Shown: positions 8,389 to 16,808 of the stretch, in pieces
How the letters are laid out: each line of letters starts with the position of its first letter
How positions within the stretch are numbered: the stretch's first letter is position 1
From: Chthoniobacterales bacterium
GTDB lineage: Bacteria > Verrucomicrobiota > Verrucomicrobiia > Chthoniobacterales > UBA10450
NCBI GenBank assembly: GCA_038324295.1
Contig: JBBQHV010000001.1
Span: forward strand, 1-26,237
Direction: 5' to 3'
DNA length: 26,237 nt
Notes under the pieces: generated by a model
Told to the model about the DNA's origin: nothing
Seen by the model: only the letters and a program-made list of their open reading frames with translations
Database searches by the model: none
Program-made: the position numbers and the translations under genes

Positions 8389-9048
8389 ATGAAAAAACTG
8401 CTCTTAACCACTGCTTGCCTCGCGATCTGCACCAGTTTCGCTCTTGGTCAGACCCAGACCATAGCGTTCGACGACGGTGTCGGGACGGCGGACGCCGGCA
8501 CCTACAATCCGACCGACACATTCTCGTTCACCGTTAACCTGACCCTGAGCGGATGGACGACCGCGGGCCTGACCGCTTCCGGTCTCTCCTATTGGCTGCA
8601 GGTGCCGACCGCTTTGGCGCCGTTTATTTCGATTACCACGAACACCTACTTCACCTTCACAGATTCGATCAACCCGAGCGTGCCGAAAACGTTCACCGAT
8701 TCAGCCAATGCCAGCCCCGGTTTTGTCTCTGACGAAGGGGCCTCCGACCTGGGCGATTTGGGGGCAATTACAAACGATATGTCGGAGGAGGTCCAGGATG
8801 GGACCTATCAAATGACCACAATCACATTTTCGCTCACTGGCGCTCCCGCCGGGAGCTACAGTCTGCTCACAACCACCCTTGGGGGCAAGGCATCGGAGGT
8901 GAACGACACCAACTTCGACACCCACTTCATTCCCACCGCCGCCTATCAGATCACGATCGTGCCGGAACCGTCGACCTGGTCCCTGCTCGTCCTTGGCGCA
9001 CTGGGAACGATCGGGCTGATCACTCTCCGCCGCACACGACGGGCCTAA
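8389..9048 (+). CDS. PEP-CTERM sorting-signal protein with a single ~170-aa, probably cohesin-like domain
   Basis: Signal peptide MKKLLLTTACLAICTSFALG. The C-terminus VPEPSTW + transmembrane segment + RRTRRA is a clear PEP-CTERM signal. The cohesin resemblance is by eye only (see findings). Confidence 0.85.
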   Translation: MKKLLLTTACLAICTSFALGQTQTIAFDDGVGTADAGTYNPTDTFSFTVNLTLSGWTTAGLTASGLSYWLQVPTALAPFISITTNTYFTFTDSINPSVPKTFTDSANASPGFVSDEGASDLGDLGAITNDMSEEVQDGTYQMTTITFSLTGAPAGSYSLLTTTLGGKASEVNDTNFDTHFIPTAAYQITIVPEPSTWSLLVLGALGTIGLITLRRTRRA

Positions 9049-9093
9049 CGCGACGAGCCAAGAGGGCGTCTAATAACTCCATGCCAACAGCCC

Positions 9094-9160
9094 ATTGTAG
9101 GGCGGCCGCTTCGGCTGCCCTGCTGCGGAACCGGGGCAGGCGAAGCGCCCGCCCTACAAT
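9094..9160. repeat. GTAG-type REP doublet (REPIN-like inverted pair)
   Basis: attgtagggcggccgcttcggctgccc (9094-9120) and gggcaggcgaagcgcccgccctacaat (9134-9160) are inverted, with 25/27 identity. Each arm is GTAG followed by a 9-bp hairpin. Confidence 0.8.
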
Positions 9161-9246
9161 TTCCGCCGTCGGACGCCTTTTTGGGCGCCCTCGAAGGCGA
9201 ACGGAGGCATAGTGATCTCGTCGAGCGGGTGCCGGCCTCGAAAGAA

Positions 9247-9882
9247 ATGAGATCGCACCGCGATCTCAGCTTCGCAGAGGGGAGAAGAATACTTTTCCTG
9301 GCGTTTTCCTGTCTCCTTTTGTCTTTCCCGGGATGCGCAAGGAAGAATGAGCCGGCTCAGCCGCAAGAAAGCCTCGGCGGAGCGCCCGCCAGGAAGCTCG
9401 ATGCCTGCGACCTCCTGAAAGCAGACGAGATTACTGCGATTCAGGGTTCGCCGATAAAGGAAACTAAGAGCAGCGCTTTCTCGAACGGGAAATTCCGGGT
9501 TTCGCAATGCTTTTACGAGGCGCTTGAACCCGGCAAGTCGATCAATTTGGCGGTGACATCGAGTGATCCGGATTCCTCCGCAAAAATCAGCCCGGGCGCG
9601 TTCTGGAAGGAAAAATTCGCCCCCTACCGCGGTGGCGCAACCGAGCGCGAGGAAACACGCGCGGAAGGAGAGAAGGAGGAGCGTCTCCCGCCGAAGCGAA
9701 TCGAGCGACTCGGTGACGACGCCTACTGGATGGGCCGGGACGCCCTTTACGTTCTAAAAGGCGATGTCTATGTCCGTCTTAGCATCGGTGGAGCAGACTC
9801 AGTCGAGACTAAGATCGAGAAAGCCAGGACACTTATGGCCCACGTGCTCGGTCGGCTCTCCACTCCCACGCCCAAACCATGA
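9247..9882 (+). CDS. Hypothetical protein, putative lipoprotein
   Basis: ATG 9247, then hydrophobic ILFLAFSCLLLSFPG-C (possible lipobox). It has a Cys pair DACDLL...QCFY and a C-terminal RIERLGDDAYW...LYVLKGDVYVRLSI. The start is uncertain. Confidence 0.65.
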   Translation: MRSHRDLSFAEGRRILFLAFSCLLLSFPGCARKNEPAQPQESLGGAPARKLDACDLLKADEITAIQGSPIKETKSSAFSNGKFRVSQCFYEALEPGKSINLAVTSSDPDSSAKISPGAFWKEKFAPYRGGATEREETRAEGEKEERLPPKRIERLGDDAYWMGRDALYVLKGDVYVRLSIGGADSVETKIEKARTLMAHVLGRLSTPTPKP

Positions 9883-10009
9883 AGTTCGAACGCGAATCCT
9901 CTTACTTGAACTTGGTTGGGTTCGTTTTTCGACATACCCAACGCGAATCCTTTTCAAACCGCAATGCCACCCCGCTTCGCCCTAAAAAGCAGCTTGTAAG
10001 AAAGGTCCT

Positions 10010-13000
10010 ATGAAAACAAAATCACCCGGCCAAAGCGGCCTCATAACTCTTCGCAGCTTCCTCGCCTGCACTTTGTTTTGTGGCTCTCTTTTCCTCATCC
10101 TCGCTACTTTCGCCGCTTCGCCGTCTGGCGGGAATATTACTCCTACGGGTCCAAATCTGGCCTGGACGGGTACCGCCTCCGGCATCCCGCCGACCGGTGG
10201 AGCCGAGGACGCGTGCGAAGAAGGGACTAACTGTGATAGCTATGCTCTCACCATTTCGGGAGTGCCGGCTGATTGGATCGCTGCGAGCAAGCAGGTGCAC
10301 GTCCAGATCAATTGGTCGCTGCCCGCCAGTGACTATGACCTCTACGTTCACAAGGGCGGGCTGGATGGGCCGGTCGTGGCTTCCTCTGGCTCCGCCGGCA
10401 CCACCTCAGAGCAAGTCGACCTCAATCCTGCCAGCTCCAGCATCGGGACCGGTCTCTTCACCGTGCATGTCGTTTATTATGCCGCCACCCAGGCCGACCA
10501 ATATAGCGGGGTCGCCAACCTCGCTTCGGCCGGGGCCGCGCCCATGCCGGCGCCGACACCATCCTCCGGCTTTGCCCCACGCTACGAGACCTACACACCT
10601 CCCGCGGCTGGCCCTGCGACTCTGGGTCTTCATGCAGGTGAACCCTCGATCGGCATCGGCCTGGGCGTCGCCGGGCATCCCGAAGGCCGTTCCATGTTTC
10701 AATCCGACATCCAGACCCTGCGCACCACCTTCAACGGCCCCTGCGATACGCCCCGCGCCATTTGGGAAGACAAATCCGCCCCCACCTCGCAAGTCGATTT
10801 CGATCCGATCCTCTTCACCGATCGGGTAACGGGACAGACGATCGTCCATCTCCTGACCTTTGCCGGACAGGTCCTGGTCGGCGAATCCTCCGTGACCAAT
10901 ACAGCCGCTCCTCTCAATGATGGCGACACATGGGTTGCGAGTAATGGCACCGGGATCGGCTCTGGGATCGATCACCAAACCGTCGGCGGCGGGCCCTATC
11001 ACTCCCCCCTCATTCCGCCGCCTCCGCCGGCCTATCAACATGCTGTCTATTACTGCTCGCAAGCTTTGGTGGACGCCAGTTGCGCGCGCAGCGATGACGG
11101 CGGGGTAATTTATAACAGTCCGTCGGTCGTTATTTACACCACTGAGTGCGGCGGACTTCATGGCCATGTCAAAGTGGCTCCGGACGGAACCGTTTACGTG
11201 CCGAACAAGGGTTGCGGCGGCGCACAGGGCGTGGCGGTGTCGGAAGATAACGGACTGACCTGGGCGGTTCGCACTGTTCCGGGCAGCACCGCGGCCGGGA
11301 GCGATCCTTCTCTCGGGATCGACGCGAATGGCCGGGTTTATTTCGGATACGCGGACGGCGACACCAAGGCGGTAATCGCAACTTCGGACGACCAGGGCCA
11401 AAACTGGAGCCAGCCCCTCGATGTCGGAGCGGCTTTTGGTATTAATAACATCGTTTTCCCAGCCGTGATCGCGGCGGATGCCGACCGCGCCGCGTTCGGC
11501 TTCCTCGGCACGCCCACCGCTGGCGGCTTGCAAGGGCCAAGGTTTACCGGCGTCTGGCACCTCTATATTGCCACTACGTTTGACGGCGGCGCCACTTGGC
11601 AGACGGTCGACGCCACGCCTAACGATCCCGTGCAACGCGGCTGCGTCTGGGAGGGTGGCGGATCGAATATCTGCCGCAACATGCTCGACTTTATCGATCT
11701 TCAGATCGATCAGGAGGGGCGTGTCCTGGTCCCATTGGCGGATGGCTGCGCCGGTGGCGAATGTGCTCAGGCTGGCGCCGGAGCGATTGGTAATTCCTAC
11801 ACCGCTTTTGCCACCATTGTCCGCCAATCCGGTGGTCGCCGTCTCCTCCAGGCCTTCGATCCGCCGGAAGTCGCCACCGTCCCGGGGACGCCTTTTGTCA
11901 CGACCAAGCGCAATGGCACTCACGTCTATCTAGGCTGGTCAGAGGCGGACAACGGCGGGACCGCCCTCACCGGATTTGATATTCTTCGGGGCACCGCCAG
12001 TGGCGGCGAAACGCTCCTCGCGTCCCTCCCCGGCACCCAATTGAGTTACGACGATGCGACAGCCACCAACACCGCAGCCACCTACTACTACAAGGTGGAA
12101 GCGAGCAATGCTCAAGGCGCCTCTTGTGGTGACAACGAAGTGGCCGCCCGTTACGTCGGGAGCTCGGCCACCGGCTTCACCATCTCGGCCGATCCAACCG
12201 GCGATCAGGTGGGCGGCCCGGCGAATGCCGATCTCGACATCCAATCGCTCTCCATCACTGAACCCGGCTCGGGCCCTAACGCCGGCAAACTTGTCTTTAT
12301 GTTGAAAGTGACTGACCTGAGCACGATTCCACCCAACCGGCGTTGGAGAATCATCTGGGACTCGCCCACCGCGCCCGACGGGCAGTTCTACGTCGGTATG
12401 ACCAGTGACATGGCCGGAGCGGTCTCCTTCGAGTATGGCACGGTGTTTACGGAGGTGGTGGGCCTGGTCCTCGGTGTGCCGACGGCGACTCCGCTGGGGC
12501 CGCCGGATGCTGGCTCTTTTACACCCGCCGGCATCATTACGATCGTTGTTTCCAAGGACAAAGTGGGCAACCCGCAAACGGGCGATTTGCTGGGCGCTTT
12601 CTCCACCCGCACTTATCCTGACCCGGGCGACATGATGCGTTCGACCGACGCAACCGATACGACCTCCAACGCCACTGCGAACGACTTCACCGCCAACGCC
12701 GCCACCTACGTGCTGGCGGGCCCCATTCCCGGGCTCAATAAAGCCGTCTCCAGGAAGGTCCACGGATCAGCCGGGGCATTCGATATCGACCTGCCCCTGG
12801 CTGGAACGCCTGGGATCGAATGTCGCAGCGGAGGCAGCGGCAAGACCTATCAGGTGGTCTTCACCTTTGCCGGACCCATCAATCTGGGCTCCGCCACGGT
12901 GACAGCGCCCGGCGGGGGATCGGTCACGAACGCGAGCGCCGGCGGAAACACCGTTACGGTTAACCTTCAAGACATCGCTAATTTGCAGACGATCTCGATA

Positions 13001-13267
13001 AATCTCTTTGGCTTGAGCGGCGCCGTCTCGGGCGATCTTAGCATTCCGATGGGGATGCTGCTCGGTGACACCACCGCGGACCGGAGTGTCAACTCCGCGG
13101 ATGTCGGCGAAACTAAATCCAGGTCTGGTCAGATCGCCCAAGCGGGGAACTTCCGCAATGATGTCACGGCTGATGGTCTAATCAACAGCGCTGATGTCGG
13201 TCTGGTGAAATCGAAATCCGGCAGCAGCCTGTCGGGCCATCAGCGGCGGGGGCGCCACCCAAGATAA
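10010..13267 (+). CDS. Large secreted protein P3 (paralog of P2 without PKD): Asp-box propeller, FN3, DxxGD domain, pre-dockerin module, dockerin
   Basis: Signal MKTKSPGQSGLITLRSFL... Shares DHQTVGGG, ECGGLHGHVKVxPDGTVYxPNKxC, GDPVQ/NDPVQ, R(N)xLDF and RQSGGxRLL with P2. Asp boxes SDDGG, SEDNGLTW, SDDQGQNW and TFDGGATW. Dockerin GDTTADRSVNSAD...DVTADGLINSAD. Confidence 0.88.
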   Translation: MKTKSPGQSGLITLRSFLACTLFCGSLFLILATFAASPSGGNITPTGPNLAWTGTASGIPPTGGAEDACEEGTNCDSYALTISGVPADWIAASKQVHVQINWSLPASDYDLYVHKGGLDGPVVASSGSAGTTSEQVDLNPASSSIGTGLFTVHVVYYAATQADQYSGVANLASAGAAPMPAPTPSSGFAPRYETYTPPAAGPATLGLHAGEPSIGIGLGVAGHPEGRSMFQSDIQTLRTTFNGPCDTPRAIWEDKSAPTSQVDFDPILFTDRVTGQTIVHLLTFAGQVLVGESSVTNTAAPLNDGDTWVASNGTGIGSGIDHQTVGGGPYHSPLIPPPPPAYQHAVYYCSQALVDASCARSDDGGVIYNSPSVVIYTTECGGLHGHVKVAPDGTVYVPNKGCGGAQGVAVSEDNGLTWAVRTVPGSTAAGSDPSLGIDANGRVYFGYADGDTKAVIATSDDQGQNWSQPLDVGAAFGINNIVFPAVIAADADRAAFGFLGTPTAGGLQGPRFTGVWHLYIATTFDGGATWQTVDATPNDPVQRGCVWEGGGSNICRNMLDFIDLQIDQEGRVLVPLADGCAGGECAQAGAGAIGNSYTAFATIVRQSGGRRLLQAFDPPEVATVPGTPFVTTKRNGTHVYLGWSEADNGGTALTGFDILRGTASGGETLLASLPGTQLSYDDATATNTAATYYYKVEASNAQGASCGDNEVAARYVGSSATGFTISADPTGDQVGGPANADLDIQSLSITEPGSGPNAGKLVFMLKVTDLSTIPPNRRWRIIWDSPTAPDGQFYVGMTSDMAGAVSFEYGTVFTEVVGLVLGVPTATPLGPPDAGSFTPAGIITIVVSKDKVGNPQTGDLLGAFSTRTYPDPGDMMRSTDATDTTSNATANDFTANAATYVLAGPIPGLNKAVSRKVHGSAGAFDIDLPLAGTPGIECRSGGSGKTYQVVFTFAGPINLGSATVTAPGGGSVTNASAGGNTVTVNLQDIANLQTISINLFGLSGAVSGDLSIPMGMLLGDTTADRSVNSADVGETKSRSGQIAQAGNFRNDVTADGLINSADVGLVKSKSGSSLSGHQRRGRHPR

Positions 13268-13370
13268 AGTCGCAAGAATTAGACTAACGAGGTTAGCCTT
13301 TGCCTGCTCGCTCATCGCGCAGCGAGATCTCCGCAGGCTGCGCCGGGCGAATCGCTTCCCTTAGCTCGGA

Positions 13371-13877
13371 TCAGTCTTTTTCTTTGGCTTCCGCTCCCGC
13401 CCCGAGCCGTTTCAAAGAAAGAGTCGAAAGATTCTCCGGATCGCGGCCGAGCGCGATAACGAGCGTCTCCGGATTGTCTTTCTCCGCGGGAAGGTTCCAC
13501 TGGTAGTTATAAACCTTCATCTTCGGGTCGCCCGCCTGTTTAGCCAGCTCTAGGTCTCCTATGCTCTGGTAGGGGATGCGCTTCGCATCCTTATCTTTGC
13601 GTGCCACCGCAGTCACATAGCGGAGCTTTCCATCCGTGGCGAAGCCGATCAGAATGTGGGAGAAACTCGGATCGCTAACCTTCCAGACCTCCTGTTCGCC
13701 AGCCTCCTTTCTGACAAAGGTGCCAATCTCCTTCAAACGACCACGCGCTTGCTCCTCTGTCATTCCCAGTCGGAGGCCAAGAATTTGCCGGGCAGGCTCC
13801 TGCTTCGCTGCGCCGAGAGCTGAGGCAGATAAGGAAGCGACAAGAAGCAGCAGGAAAATGGCCTCTGATCTTTTCAT
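13371..13877 (-). CDS. Hypothetical secreted protein
   Basis: ATG 13877 gives MKRSEAIFLLLLVASLSASALGA (signal peptide), then ILGLRLGMT. The ORF is long, stop-free and convergent with P3. Confidence 0.65.
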   Translation of the reverse strand: MKRSEAIFLLLLVASLSASALGAAKQEPARQILGLRLGMTEEQARGRLKEIGTFVRKEAGEQEVWKVSDPSFSHILIGFATDGKLRYVTAVARKDKDAKRIPYQSIGDLELAKQAGDPKMKVYNYQWNLPAEKDNPETLVIALGRDPENLSTLSLKRLGAGAEAKEKD

Positions 13878-13970
13878 CTTAACCCTGAGTGTGTCCGCGT
13901 CGTCCGAGAAAAACAAGGGAAAGCTGCGATCGATGAAGAAAGATGCGGCTCAATCAAACCGCGCAGGCGA

Positions 13971-14465
13971 ATGACCTTCATGGAACTTGAATCACTAAAA
14001 GACCTCTACATTCACGAACTGAAAGACCTTTACAGCGCCGAGAATCAGATCATCAAAGCGCTCCCAAAGATGGCCAAGGCGGCGAGCGACCAAGAGCTCA
14101 TCGACGGCTTTAAGAAGCATCTCGAAGAGACGAAGGAACACGCGGCGCGGCTCGAAAGGATTCTTAAGAGTCACGATGAGAGCACGCGCGGCCCAAAATG
14201 CAAAGGCATGGAAGGACTTATCAAGGAAGGCGACGAGATGATAAAGGAAGACGCCGAGGACGAAGTGCGCGACGCCGGACTGATCTCGGCTGCCCAGCGG
14301 GTGGAGCATTACGAGATGGCTGGCTACGGCACTGCCCGCACCTACGCCAAGCTGCTCGGTGACAGCAACGGGGCCAGACTCCTGCAGAAGACACTCGACG
14401 AAGAAGGTGCAACCGACAAAAAACTGACCCAGCTCTCAGAGCGTATTAACGTCTTGGCCGAGTAA
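13971..14465 (+). CDS. Ferritin-like DUF892 (YciE/YciF family) protein
   Basis: Motifs LKDLYSAENQIIKALPKMA, HLEETKEH, KCKGMEGLIKEG, DAGLISAAQRVEHYEMAGYG and TLDEEGATDKKL. An alternative start is ATG 13980. Confidence 0.93.
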   Translation: MTFMELESLKDLYIHELKDLYSAENQIIKALPKMAKAASDQELIDGFKKHLEETKEHAARLERILKSHDESTRGPKCKGMEGLIKEGDEMIKEDAEDEVRDAGLISAAQRVEHYEMAGYGTARTYAKLLGDSNGARLLQKTLDEEGATDKKLTQLSERINVLAE

Positions 14466-14491
14466 CTGCGCAGCTAAAGGCCGATATCTGA

Positions 14492-14525
14492 AAGGGATGG
14501 CTCCGGTCGGGGCCATCCCTTCTCT
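14492..14525 (+). terminator. Probable intrinsic terminator after the DUF892 gene (possibly bidirectional)
   Basis: aagggatggc(tcc)...(ggg)gccatccctt stem, followed by tctct. Confidence 0.55.
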
Positions 14526-14629
14526 GCGCTGCGGCCAGAAGAAGGCGCTTCGTGCTGCTCTTTGTAAGCCGCTGGCGAGCGCCTTGAGTCAGCGAAGTCG
14601 GCATTTGATGACTTGGTTATCGACGCCTG

Positions 14630-14845
14630 ATGCGTCGGCCTGACCGGGCTGGAAGAAGCGCGCCTGTCCTTGAGATACTTACCGATCAGGTCCAACGCCT
14701 GCTCGTTTTCCGCCTCGGTATTGGAAATCGCGCAGTCATCTGGCACGAACAGTTCTAAGTCGCGCATATAGGCATCGTTAGCGGCAAAAAGAACCCAAAA
14801 GTTTCCCGCTATGCCGGTCATGATGAGTCGCTCCGCGGCAGAGTA
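14630..14845 (-). pseudogene. C-terminal remnant of an isochorismatase-family cysteine hydrolase
   Basis: Translation AERLIMTGIAGNFWVLFAANDAYMRDLELFVPDDCAISNTEAENEQAL matches the family C-terminal half (LILTGxxxxxCVxxTAxDAxxRD...VPxDC). Trp replaces the catalytic Cys, and there is no room for the N-terminal half because the upstream gene stops at 14860. Boundaries are approximate. Confidence 0.7.
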
Positions 14846-14859
14846 GATGTTGGGAATCG

Positions 14860-16320
14860 TTAGGCAGGGATTGGATCGAGCCGCACTCCAAACAGATCGC
14901 GCAGCGCGGTGCGCGCGGCGTGATAGCCGCACATTCCGTGCACGCCGCCACCCGGTGGGGTGGACGACGAGCAAAGATAGAGGCCGCGCCGTGGTGTGCG
15001 ATAGGGCGCCGGACTCACGACCGGGCGGGCGAAGAGTTGCCAAAGATTGTTTGCACCGCCGTTGATGTCGCCCCCGATCAAGTTGGGATTCGCACGCTCC
15101 AGATCGACCGCGTTGGCGGTACGGCGTGCCAGCACACAATCGCGAAAGCCCGGCGCGAAGCGCTCGATCTGGTCATCGATCGCATCGCTCATATCGCGCT
15201 CGGAGCCGTGCGGCACGTGGCAATAAGCCCAGAGGGTTTGCCGGCCCTGCGGCGCACGCGTTTCGTCGAAGAGACTCTGCTGCGCGATAAGGACGAAGGG
15301 CCGCGCGGGATGCGTGCCGCGCGCCACTTCGGCCTCAGCGGCGGCGATTTCCTCGAGGGTCCCGCCGAGATGGACGGTGCCGGCGGCGCGGCATTCCTCG
15401 GCCCGCCAGGGAACCGGCTCGGAAAGGGCGTAATCGATCTTGAAAACGCCCGGCGCGTGGCGAAATCCCTCCAAGTGGCGACGATAACGACTGGGGAATC
15501 TGTCGCCGGCGATCCGAGCAAGTTGCCAGCAGGTCGTGTCAAACAAGACGGCGCGAGCTGCTGGCAGGTCGTTGAGATTTTGAATCCGGCGGCCGGTCTC
15601 GATCTCGCCGCCAAGCGAGCGGAAATGTGCCGCGAGCGCATCGGCGAGCGCCTGCGAACCGCCGCGTGGCAAGGGCCAGCCGACGGCGTGCCCGGCCGCG
15701 CCAAGAACCAGACCGAAGGCGGCTGAGGCAGGCGCGTTCAAGGGCAGAAAAGAATGTGCTGCGATCCCGGCAAAAAGCGCGCGGGCGGCGCTTTCCTTGA
15801 AGCAAAATTTTGCCAATCCCGCGGCCGGGGCGAGCGCGCCGAGGCCAAAACGCGCCAGCGCAATCGGGTGGCGTGGCAGGTGCAGGATCGGCTGGAGGAA
15901 TTCCGCCGCCAACTTTTCCCAATCGCGCGCGAGCGGCTGGAAAAGCCGTTCGTAGGCGCGGGCATCCACGCCTAACGAGTGAGCAGTGTCGGTTACGCTT
16001 TGCCGGAGCGCGGCAGCGGAGCCGTCCTCGAGCGGGTGAGCCAGCGCGATTGTCGGCTGGATCCAACGCAGGCCGTGCTCCTCCAGAGGAAGGGTCCGGA
16101 ATAAGGGCGAGCCGAGCGCGAGCGGATGAATCGCCGAGCAGACGTCGTGGACGAAACCGGGAAGCGTCAGCTCGGCCGAGCGCGCCCCGCCGCCGATCGT
16201 CGCGTTCGCTTCGAAGACGCGCACGGAGCAGCCCCCGCGCGCGAGTGTGATGGCGGCCGCGAGTCCGTTCGGACCGGAGCCGACCACGATTGCGTCACTC
16301 GATTTTCTCGCGGTCGGCAT
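14860..16320 (-). CDS. Phytoene dehydrogenase-like NAD(P)/FAD-dependent oxidoreductase (COG1233-type)
   Basis: ATG 16320, then DAIVVGSGPNGLAAA (Rossmann motif), IGGGARS, HDVCSAIHPL, GWPLPRGGSQ and the C-terminal STPPGGGVHGMCG. Confidence 0.9.
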   Translation of the reverse strand: MPTARKSSDAIVVGSGPNGLAAAITLARGGCSVRVFEANATIGGGARSAELTLPGFVHDVCSAIHPLALGSPLFRTLPLEEHGLRWIQPTIALAHPLEDGSAAALRQSVTDTAHSLGVDARAYERLFQPLARDWEKLAAEFLQPILHLPRHPIALARFGLGALAPAAGLAKFCFKESAARALFAGIAAHSFLPLNAPASAAFGLVLGAAGHAVGWPLPRGGSQALADALAAHFRSLGGEIETGRRIQNLNDLPAARAVLFDTTCWQLARIAGDRFPSRYRRHLEGFRHAPGVFKIDYALSEPVPWRAEECRAAGTVHLGGTLEEIAAAEAEVARGTHPARPFVLIAQQSLFDETRAPQGRQTLWAYCHVPHGSERDMSDAIDDQIERFAPGFRDCVLARRTANAVDLERANPNLIGGDINGGANNLWQLFARPVVSPAPYRTPRRGLYLCSSSTPPGGGVHGMCGYHAARTALRDLFGVRLDPIPA

Positions 16321-16500
16321 GAGGCGTCCTGCATTATCTGCGGTGCGGAGGAGCCCCGCAAAATCGGCAGCCATTCGCAACATGATACGGCTGACAGCTG
16401 CGGGGAAGGCGTTTGCTTTTCGTATGAAAGGCTTGTTTTTCACCACCCCGGTCCGCTCGAAGTCGACGAGATCGACGATCCGCGCCTAACGAATACTTTT

Positions 16501-16704
16501 ATGGCTAAGAAAAGGAGAACGAGCGTGCCTGGGAAGGTCGGCGGATCCGTCCAGCAATCGGGCAACGTGACGGGTGGCAGACGACGGCAGGAAAAGCGTG
16601 TGGCGAGCGGCAATACCCGGCGCGGCCAGGCGGCGAGCGAGAAGAAGGTGGAGCAGCCGGCGAGCGGCCGCACTCGTGCGAGGAAGCGGCCGGCTTCTCG
16701 TTAG
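16501..16704 (+). CDS. Small basic Lys/Arg-rich hypothetical protein (67 aa)
   Basis: ATG 16501 after an AT-rich leader. MAKKRRTSVPGKVGG...RARKRPASR fills the intergenic gap. Confidence 0.5.
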   Translation: MAKKRRTSVPGKVGGSVQQSGNVTGGRRRQEKRVASGNTRRGQAASEKKVEQPASGRTRARKRPASR

Positions 16705-16808
16705 GCTGTGGAGTCGATTTCGGGGCGTTCGCTAGGTGATTTTCCTAGTGAGTGGCTCGCCCGCCGGCCGATATTAGCCAAAGAGGCGATCCATTATCAT
16801 CCCCAAAG

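Noticed and set aside
10406-11923. Long antisense ORFs (505 aa here; also 3095-4216, 20682-22055 and 24460-25353)
   Set aside because: Each lies opposite a well-supported gene. Stop-poor antisense frames are expected from GC-rich codon bias, and no motifs were recognisable.
14860-16320. crtI or a carotenoid gene cluster
   Set aside because: No crtB/crtE neighbours are present, and the motifs fit the broader COG1233 oxidoreductase group, so no gene symbol was assigned.
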